Positions 26,695 through 33,337 of a stretch of 39,119 bases of DNA are shown here, in pieces. The stretch's first letter is position 1, and the number at the start of each line of letters is the position of its first letter. Where the stretch lies: positions 1-39,119 of the forward strand of contig JAHFGY010000007.1 in the NCBI GenBank assembly GCA_023247195.1. The letters are read 5' to 3'. Position numbers and translations under genes: made by a program. Below the pieces are notes generated by a model, which ran no database searches, was not told where the DNA came from, and was given only the letters and a program-made list of their open reading frames with translations. This stretch comes from Candidatus Omnitrophota bacterium. Its GTDB lineage: Bacteria; Omnitrophota; Gorgyraeia; Aquiviventales; Aquiviventaceae.

Positions 26695-27109
26695 ACTCTC
26701 TGAGCCCCCAGTGGGCATAAGGCGGCTCGTAGGCCCTTGGATAAGGGATAGGAAATGTGGCTGTTTCATAAGCTCCCAGAGCCAAGCGCAGAGCAACCGC
26801 TTTGCTGCCTGACCATAACGCATCTGCAAAAGCCTGAGCGGGTTTTGGGGCGCGGCATGAGTCGCTCATGCGGCGGGGCCACTCCAACCATGCGGTGATG
26901 ACATTGGTCACCCCGCGCCCAGCCTTGGTCAACGGATCGCGGCCATAGAGCGGTGGATTTTGCGCAGACTGGGCTGTTGCCTCGTTGTTGGCTGTTATGC
27001 TGTCGACGGAGGGGATCGATTCTTCAGCGTACGCTCGCGATACGGCTAAACAGGCCAGAAGTGACCCAGTCAGAATCATTCGTGCCAGACCATTATCTCT
27101 TACCGGCAT
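26681..27109 (-). CDS. Exosortase-system-associated (TIGR04073-like) protein, divergent copy
   Basis: Signal peptide then KAGRGVTNVITAWLEWP...GAYETATFPIP; SD GGAGG. Confidence 0.72.
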   Translation of the reverse strand: MPVRDNGLARMILTGSLLACLAVSRAYAEESIPSVDSITANNEATAQSAQNPPLYGRDPLTKAGRGVTNVITAWLEWPRRMSDSCRAPKPAQAFADALWSGSKAVALRLALGAYETATFPIPYPRAYEPPYAHWGLREYAWE

Positions 27110-27782
27110 GTTCCCTCCGCATTGAACCGACGACCGATTCTTGAAGACGTTTCCTGAGCGCCGAAGGCGTAAGACAGATCTCATCCGCGGCTTGCAGGTA
27201 GGAAGGCGGCAGCGAGCTGGCCAATGCAAGGATATAGCCGGCTCCGGCGGAGCGCGCTGATTCAATCCCATACGGCGCGTTCTCAATGACGATCGCGTCT
27301 CTTGGCCGCACCCCGAGCCGCCGGCAAGCCGTCAGGTAAGGTTCCGGGTGGGGCTTTCCTCGCCTGACCGCATCGCCGGTTATGATCACGGTGAAACGGG
27401 CGAGCGTTTCCTTTGGAACGACCCGATCAACTTCGCGACGAGACGTGCCCGTTACTAAGGCAAGCGGCAGGCGGCTCTGTAACCACCGGAGCGATCGCTG
27501 CCAGCCCGGTTTTACGGTTATAGCGCGTGCGGAAGCGGCGAAGAGCGCTTCTTTGTCCCGGAGTATCTTCTTGGCGCTGTCGGCCGGCAAATGGCCATTG
27601 GGAGCGTTCTTTAAGAGCCTCTGCACGGTCAAGTGACCCGGCTCTCCTTCGCATGCATAGATAAGCGCCCTGTCAACGGATCGCCCGACGCGGCGAAACG
27701 CCGCCTGCCAGGCTCGCGCATGCAAAGGCATGGTATCGATCAGCACACCGTCGAGATCAAATAAAACAGCTTTAGGCTTCAT
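27093..27782 (-). CDS. HAD-superfamily phosphatase (beta-PGM-like, subfamily IA)
   Basis: FDLDGVLIDT, VTGT, GKPHPEPY, IENAPYGI. Confidence 0.9.
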   Translation of the reverse strand: MKPKAVLFDLDGVLIDTMPLHARAWQAAFRRVGRSVDRALIYACEGEPGHLTVQRLLKNAPNGHLPADSAKKILRDKEALFAASARAITVKPGWQRSLRWLQSRLPLALVTGTSRREVDRVVPKETLARFTVIITGDAVRRGKPHPEPYLTACRRLGVRPRDAIVIENAPYGIESARSAGAGYILALASSLPPSYLQAADEICLTPSALRKRLQESVVGSMRREHAGKR

Positions 27783-28287
27783 CGGGCTTGATCCATCGCT
27801 TGCGCAACTCTTCCGTTATCTCCCGCTCGCGCGGTGCTGAAAGCGGTCTGTCTTGCGACCTATCGACGTCCGCTCCGCTCCTGCCGACGCGCTTGCCTGC
27901 TGCATGTTGCATCAACCACGCGGTTGAGAAGCACAGGCTGCCATGGATCTTGGCCGTGTGAAGAATCTCTCTATCGTCTGAAACGACGATGAAGCGGGAT
28001 CGGCCGGCGGCGGTTTGGATCTTTTCCCGTATGAAGGCGTCCGCGCTCGGGTGAGCGTACTGGACATGCAAATGAGCGCGCGGCGAAAGACGAGAGCTCT
28101 CAGGCGCGTCAAAAACAACAATCACCTGGCTGACAACGATCGGCCAGCGCACCTGCGGCAGCAGCGCGATAAGCTGCTTTCTCGACGCTTCTAAGGAAAG
28201 CCTGTCAAAAACAGGGGTGCGCTTGATGACGTTGTAGCCATCGATGAGCGCCGTGCAGTTACTTGTCTTGCTGTCCCCAGCTGCCAT
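27772..28287 (-). CDS. NYN/YacP-like (PIN-fold) ribonuclease domain protein
   Basis: LIDGYN, VVFD, SADAFI, VVSDDREI; start uncertain. Confidence 0.82.
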   Translation of the reverse strand: MAAGDSKTSNCTALIDGYNVIKRTPVFDRLSLEASRKQLIALLPQVRWPIVVSQVIVVFDAPESSRLSPRAHLHVQYAHPSADAFIREKIQTAAGRSRFIVVSDDREILHTAKIHGSLCFSTAWLMQHAAGKRVGRSGADVDRSQDRPLSAPREREITEELRKRWIKPDEA

Positions 28288-28636
28288 TCGCGAACACAAA
28301 TTCCGGATAGATCATGGGCTCGAAATGGCGAGGGATCTCGGCATAAAACGTGGCCACTTCAAAAAGCCCTACGCCTTCTCTTAAGACCGTGCGCCAGAGA
28401 CCTTGGATAATGCCCACGGTGATGCCTGCAAGATAGCCGTCCTTCTGCCCGACAATTTCCGTCATGCGCACAACTTCCCCGGGCGCGGTGAAGACGTTCG
28501 CCACGCCTCGGCCCAGCTTGCGCATGCTGCCGTCAATGTACGGCGTTTCCACTTCCGCGGCAAACGCCGCCAAACTCGCTCCGAACACGATTCCCGCGAC
28601 GACAGCGACAATGCCGACACGCCGAAGGCTGTTCAT
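28259..28636 (-). CDS. Exosortase-system-associated (TIGR04073-like) protein
   Basis: Signal peptide then KLGRGVANVFTAPGEV...G...R...G.FEVATF...P...PEFV. Confidence 0.82.
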   Translation of the reverse strand: MNSLRRVGIVAVVAGIVFGASLAAFAAEVETPYIDGSMRKLGRGVANVFTAPGEVVRMTEIVGQKDGYLAGITVGIIQGLWRTVLREGVGLFEVATFYAEIPRHFEPMIYPEFVFANGSWGQQDK

Positions 28637-29454
28637 GCCTGCCCTACCCCCCTTTTGCGGTTCAAGACAAGCCCGATGGCCAGCGCCACTAAGATGAGCG
28701 AAACCCAGCCCGCCGCGCCGTTGATAAGCCGCGATGTTCCCATCAACCAGGCGGGGTCCAAATGAGCGATTCCCAGGACAAGCTTATTCACGCGAGCGCC
28801 GTAAGCAAGCACGGCATGCAAACCGATTGCGAGCCAAAGCCGTTTTGTCCAAAGATAACTGAGGCATAGGATCGATCCGAGCAGGAAGAGTCCGATTAAT
28901 TCCCGCACGACGCTCGCCTGAAATTCAAACGTCCTTAAGTGGACGATGGAATAAAGGGCGCTTGAGAGAATAACCGCGAGCTTCGGCGAAAGAAGTTTGA
29001 GATTGCCGAAGAGGTATCCCCTGAAGAAGAGTTCTTCCAGGACGCCCACAAGCAACGCCATGGGCATAAAAGTAATGAGGACGCGCCAGAGTTTCAGCCG
29101 GTCGGGATACAGAGAAATATGATATGCCCCGGTCAGGAAACCGACAGCCAGCAAAAACCCCAGCCCGATAGCTCCGGCGGCGATGCCCATCTGAAGCTCT
29201 CCTAATGCGCTCCGCGACCACGCGAGGCCATAAGACGCCAGCGAGCGGTTTTCCTTGAAGTGGACGCACCAAAGGAGAGAGAGCGTAGCGCTGATAGAAG
29301 CACACCGCCGCAGTATTTTCCACCACGGCATGTCAAGAAAAGGCAGCGCGAGCAGGCTCAGAACAAACGCAATAAATACGGTTACCAAGAGCAAGCGCAA
29401 CGCCGCATGCAGGCCATTACGGCCCGCCGGCGCATCAAGTGTCGCTGTCCCCAC
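28633..29454 (-). CDS. CPBP (CAAX/Abi, Rce1-like) intramembrane glutamic endopeptidase
   Basis: Multiple TM segments, EELFFRG, YSIVH, LWLAIGLHA; GTG start. Confidence 0.88.
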   Translation of the reverse strand: MGTATLDAPAGRNGLHAALRLLLVTVFIAFVLSLLALPFLDMPWWKILRRCASISATLSLLWCVHFKENRSLASYGLAWSRSALGELQMGIAAGAIGLGFLLAVGFLTGAYHISLYPDRLKLWRVLITFMPMALLVGVLEELFFRGYLFGNLKLLSPKLAVILSSALYSIVHLRTFEFQASVVRELIGLFLLGSILCLSYLWTKRLWLAIGLHAVLAYGARVNKLVLGIAHLDPAWLMGTSRLINGAAGWVSLILVALAIGLVLNRKRGVGQA

Positions 29455-30541
29455 TGATAAATGCCTCTACGCGCTGGCGCGCTTCTTCGTCCGTCATAGG
29501 CTTGGGCGGGTGCTTCATTGTCCAAGCGGACACAGAAAGGATAGGACCGCTCAGGCGGCGCTCACGCGCCAGCCGCAACGAGCGAATAGCATCAATAGTC
29601 ATGCCGGCGCTGTTCGGGGAATCCTCTACGGAGAGCCGCGCCTCGATTTCAATCGGGCAATCGCCGAATCCCCGGCCTTCCAAGCGTAAGAAACAGACCT
29701 TACGGTCCCGTTGCCAAGGCACATAGTCGCTGGGCCCCACATGAATTTCCTGATCTTCCAGCCGCTTGAAAAGCACCGATTGCACCGCTTCTGTCTTAGA
29801 GATCTTCTTGCTCGCCAAACGATCGCGGCTGAGCATATTCAAGAAATCCGTGTTGCCGCCCACGTTCAACTGATACGTCCGGTCCACCACAGCGCCCCGC
29901 TCCATGAAAAGCCGCGCAAGCGTCCGATGGAGGATCGTGGCCCCGACCTGCCCCTTAACGTCATCGCCGATAAGCGGGATACCTTTTTTGGCAAACCGCT
30001 CGGCCCATGCAGGCTCGGAAGCAATAAAAACCGGGATGCAGTTAATCAGGCTGACACCGGTCTCTAGACAGGCCTCTGCATAAGCCTCCGTGGCCTTCTG
30101 AGAGCCGACCGGCAGGTAGTTCAAGAGGATCTCTACGCCGGCTTTTTTTAGAATTTGGGCGATATTCGCGGCCTTTTCAGAGGAAGGCGCAAAGGTGCGC
30201 TCCTTGGGGAACTGCTTCATATGCGGAGCTACCCCATCGAGCACAGGCCCCATGTGAACCGTAACGCCAAATTTGGGGAAACGCTTTAGAAATTGGGTGG
30301 TGCAGTTCGGATCAGCCATGCAGGCTTCTTCTAACGATTTGCCCACCTTGCGCTCGTCGATATCAAACGCAGCGACGATCTTGATGTCGCCCGGAGAGTA
30401 GCCGCCAACCTTGGGGTGCAGTAAGCCTGCGGTCGCGAGTCCGTTTTGGTTCGAGCGCGCCTGCGCGTAGTAGGTGAGGCCTTGCAGCAAGGAACTGGCG
30501 CAGTTCCCCACTCCAGCAACAGCAATGCGAATCGATGTCAT
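29435..30541 (-). CDS. ino1: Myo-inositol-1-phosphate (inositol-3-phosphate) synthase
   Basis: GVGNCASSL, YLPVGS, GDDVKGQVGAT, QLNVGGNTDFLNM, SKKISKT, GPSDY, DSPNSAG. Confidence 0.95.
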   Translation of the reverse strand: MTSIRIAVAGVGNCASSLLQGLTYYAQARSNQNGLATAGLLHPKVGGYSPGDIKIVAAFDIDERKVGKSLEEACMADPNCTTQFLKRFPKFGVTVHMGPVLDGVAPHMKQFPKERTFAPSSEKAANIAQILKKAGVEILLNYLPVGSQKATEAYAEACLETGVSLINCIPVFIASEPAWAERFAKKGIPLIGDDVKGQVGATILHRTLARLFMERGAVVDRTYQLNVGGNTDFLNMLSRDRLASKKISKTEAVQSVLFKRLEDQEIHVGPSDYVPWQRDRKVCFLRLEGRGFGDCPIEIEARLSVEDSPNSAGMTIDAIRSLRLARERRLSGPILSVSAWTMKHPPKPMTDEEARQRVEAFISGDSDT

Positions 30542-30604
30542 CGTTGGTTGAGTGCCGCTTTTCCCTTCAACTGTTCACTTTACGCTTCCTAAACAACTTG
30601 GTGC

Positions 30605-30633
30605 ATTATAGGAATGTTTATGGGTGAAATCAA
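30605..30633 (-). promoter_or_regulatory. Sigma70 promoter for the ino1 operon
   Basis: Minus strand TTGATT (30633-30628), 17 bp, TATAAT (30610-30605). Confidence 0.7.
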
Positions 30634-30656
30634 GCAATCGTCGACGGATCGAGCAT

Positions 30657-30696
30657 AAAAAAGCCCCCCTGCTTCGTAACGAAGCAGGGGGGCTTT
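30657..30696 (-). terminator. Rho-independent terminator after the porin gene
   Basis: Perfect IR AAAGCCCCCCTGCTTCG-taa-CGAAGCAGGGGGGCTTT with a T6 tail on the minus strand, 20 bp after the stop. Confidence 0.92.
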
Positions 30697-30715
30697 GCGA
30701 TCGACTCCGCGTGAA

Positions 30716-32134
30716 TTAGAACTTCACGCTGACAGACGTCACAAGTTCTTGAGCCGCGTTGTCAGTCGGCTTGTGGTACTCGTTGCCCGGAGCGAACAAG
30801 GCGTAGATCAGGCCAAGCTGCACATCCGAGGTGTAATCGTAGGTCAGGATCGTGTCCCACTCAAAACCAGCGTAGGTCTGGCGCTTGCCCATCGTACTTC
30901 CATTGGTGCCGCCGTTCGGACGAGCACCGACGGGCAGGAAGAACAATGAGAAACGCTGGTCAACCGTCAAGTCCTCGATCGGCTTGAGGCTGCCGTAGAG
31001 CGACACTTGCTGCTGGTTCGACGCCGATCCCACACAGGTGTTGGACGTTTGGGAATTGGTACACGTCTGGTCCGGTGTGTTGAACGGAGCCGGGTTGTGG
31101 AACTCGCGGATCACGGTCGTGAAGTAACCGCGGGCCATCGGGTCCCATCCCGGAGCAGCACCATCGATATCGTCGCCTGAGTAGTAGATCCACTCAGCAC
31201 CCAACTTCGGGGTGAAAGAGACGTCATTGAAGGTGTACTCAGCGCCAATGTCGAACGCCCATGCCTGCATCGGGTTGCCCGGCGTGGAGATGCCGAACGG
31301 ATCCGTAGCGCGGCGGCCAAACTGATAGGCCCCTTCAGCGTAGATGTAAGAACCTTCAACCGGACGAACGCTGCCTCGAAGGCCGAAGGTGTTGACGGAA
31401 CCATCTCCGGTGTTCTCCACTGCCGCGCCAGCCGCGTTGAGCGTGTTCTTGTCCCGCTTGTTGAGGTAATAGGCTTCGAACTCCGAGTTCATGTCATCGA
31501 GCTTGGTGCCGACGTTCACACCCTGAATGTTCACATCATCGGCCTGGCCGGTGACATTCTCATTCAGCTTGATGTAAACATAGTCGACCGTCCACGGCAT
31601 GCCGGCGACGCCTGAAAGGTCCAGAGTCGCGCGAACGGCATCGAACGCCGTGAAGTCCGTGAACTCATTGGCGGTAATAGCCGCGTTGCGGTCATTGCCA
31701 CCGTTGAGGAGCCCAGGGATCAAGTTGCTGCCAAGCACGAAGCCGCGGCCCCAGACAATGGGCTGCGCACCCACGCGAACCGTCAAAGGCGAGTAAAAGA
31801 GCTCCTTCAACGTCACGTAGGCCTGGCTGATGTCCACGTCCCCGGTGTTTCCGCCGTCCACGTTCCAGTCACGCTCATTGGCCAAACGGATGAAAGTCGA
31901 AACGTTCTCCGTGAGGTCCGCGCCAACATTAAGACCGGTGGTGGTCATGAAGAAGTCATCACCGTCTTGCGTGCCGTTGGCTGAGTCGTTGTCGTGGAGA
32001 TCCAGGTTATTCCGCACAAACGCACGAACTGTCACGTCCCCGCCCACACGAACGTTCTGGACTTCAGCATAGCCAGGTACTGACCAGGCCAGAAGCCCAA
32101 GAAGGACTGCGCCTTGCAGCGTAGCCTTCACCAT
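30716..32134 (-). CDS. Outer-membrane beta-barrel, alginate-export (AlgE-like) family; probably an abundant porin
   Basis: Signal peptide (AYA-like ..GYA/E), QAYVTLKE...LTVRVGAQ...GRGFVLG, amphipathic strands, C-terminal Phe (VSVKF); SD AGGAGG, own promoter and terminator. Confidence 0.8.
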   Translation of the reverse strand: MVKATLQGAVLLGLLAWSVPGYAEVQNVRVGGDVTVRAFVRNNLDLHDNDSANGTQDGDDFFMTTTGLNVGADLTENVSTFIRLANERDWNVDGGNTGDVDISQAYVTLKELFYSPLTVRVGAQPIVWGRGFVLGSNLIPGLLNGGNDRNAAITANEFTDFTAFDAVRATLDLSGVAGMPWTVDYVYIKLNENVTGQADDVNIQGVNVGTKLDDMNSEFEAYYLNKRDKNTLNAAGAAVENTGDGSVNTFGLRGSVRPVEGSYIYAEGAYQFGRRATDPFGISTPGNPMQAWAFDIGAEYTFNDVSFTPKLGAEWIYYSGDDIDGAAPGWDPMARGYFTTVIREFHNPAPFNTPDQTCTNSQTSNTCVGSASNQQQVSLYGSLKPIEDLTVDQRFSLFFLPVGARPNGGTNGSTMGKRQTYAGFEWDTILTYDYTSDVQLGLIYALFAPGNEYHKPTDNAAQELVTSVSVKF

Positions 32135-32254
32135 ATACGCTCCTCCTTTCCCTATTTTCCCCTTCACCGTGCCCCTCCGCCCTTGCCCCTGCTTATCCGC
32201 TCCGACTAACTGCGGATAGAAGATGGGCACTTGGAAAGGGCGTCCTTTTTGCCT

Positions 32255-32283
32255 AAGTTACTGATGTGCCTCAGCCTTGTCAA
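32255..32283 (-). promoter_or_regulatory. Sigma70 promoter for the porin gene
   Basis: Minus strand TTGACA (32283-32278), 17 bp, TAACTT (32260-32255). Confidence 0.6.
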
Positions 32284-32355
32284 GGCTTTTTTCTACAATT
32301 GCTTGTGATCGGACGAGTTCTGCCGACATCCGGCATGCAATTTTGAGTCAAAAAC

Positions 32356-32428
32356 TGCGCCTGGCCGGAGTCGAACCGGCGGCACGAGGTTTAGGAAACC
32401 TCTGCTCTTCCAACTGAGCTACAGGCGC
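32356..32428 (-). tRNA. tRNA-Arg (anticodon CCT), CCA not encoded
   Basis: GCGCCTG acceptor stem, TAGCTCAGTTGGAAGAGC D arm, GAGGT-TTCCTAA-ACCTC anticodon arm, GGTTCGACTCC T arm. Confidence 0.96.
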
Positions 32429-32433
32429 GCAAG

Positions 32434-33318
32434 CTATGCCTTCCGTTTTCGCGGACCCCGCTTCGCCTTCTTCTCCGGAAGCGGTCCGGCTCGCTTGCCG
32501 CTGGGGTCGGCTTCTTCTTGGTTGATCATCGCGCGCAGCTTGGCCATGGCGGATACTTCGATCTGCCGCACCCGCTCGCGCGTAATGCCGAAAAACTGAG
32601 CGGTTTCGCCGAGCGTGCGGCTGATGCCGTCGTCCAAACCGTAACGCAGCGAAAGCACGCGGCGCTCGCGTTCGCTCATATTCTGAAGCAGCGAAGCGAT
32701 GCGCTCGTGCTGAAGGAAGCGGGCGATGTCCTCTTGAGGCGAGTTCGCGTCCTCGTTCTGAAGCAGATCAATCATCTCGGTCTCGCCTTCTTCCCCGACC
32801 GGCGTTTCCAGCGACGTCGTCTGCGACGACATGACCAGCTCCTGAAGCCGCTCAACGCGCTCGATCGGCAGGCGCATGCGGCGCGACAGCTCGCGCGGGC
32901 TCGGTTTGCGGCCGAGCTTTTGTGTCAGCTCCTCGGTCACGCGTTTGAACTTGGAGAGCATCTCCGTCATGTAAACCGGGATGCGAACCGTTTTGCCTTG
33001 GTTAGCGATGGCGCGGGTGATGTACTGGCGGATCCACCAAGCGCCGTAAGTCGAGAACCGGAAACCTTTGTTGGGGTTATATTTTATAACCCCTTTCATC
33101 AGCCCCAGGTTGCCTTCCTCGATCAGATCCAAGAGAGGGACCCCGAGATGCGCGTAGCGCTTGGCGATGTTGATGACCAGCCGGAGATTGGACAGGATCA
33201 TCTGCCGTCTGGCTTTTTCGTCGCCTTTGCGGATCTTGGTGGCCAACTCGATTTCTTGCTTGGCCGTTAAGAGCGGAATCGACTTGATATCGCGCAAGTA
33301 CGAGCGTATGGGGTCCAT
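32434..33318 (-). CDS. RNA polymerase sigma70 factor, RpoD/RpoS family, lacking region 1.1
   Basis: DPIRSYL (1.2), NLRLVINIAKRY, DLIEEGNLGL, FSTYGAWWIRQ, SLETPVG, TRERVRQIE; ATG 33318. Confidence 0.92.
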   Translation of the reverse strand: MDPIRSYLRDIKSIPLLTAKQEIELATKIRKGDEKARRQMILSNLRLVINIAKRYAHLGVPLLDLIEEGNLGLMKGVIKYNPNKGFRFSTYGAWWIRQYITRAIANQGKTVRIPVYMTEMLSKFKRVTEELTQKLGRKPSPRELSRRMRLPIERVERLQELVMSSQTTSLETPVGEEGETEMIDLLQNEDANSPQEDIARFLQHERIASLLQNMSERERRVLSLRYGLDDGISRTLGETAQFFGITRERVRQIEVSAMAKLRAMINQEEADPSGKRAGPLPEKKAKRGPRKRKA

Positions 33319-33337
33319 CGTCTCGCTTTTGGCCGCC

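Noticed and set aside
25100-29454. Element integrated at dif (IMEX/phage), suggested by apparently lower GC in some genes
   Set aside because: No second dif-like site, replication gene or phage gene seen; genes are housekeeping-like and overlap continuously
32135-32254. c-di-GMP-I riboswitch suggested by GGCAAA...GGACG at the leader start
   Set aside because: Lacks the P2 stem with GNRA loop and the GCAAAG/receptor elements; kept only as an unknown structured leader
32284-32428. Genomic island integrated at tRNA-Arg
   Set aside because: No integrase and no duplicated tRNA 3' end found in the window
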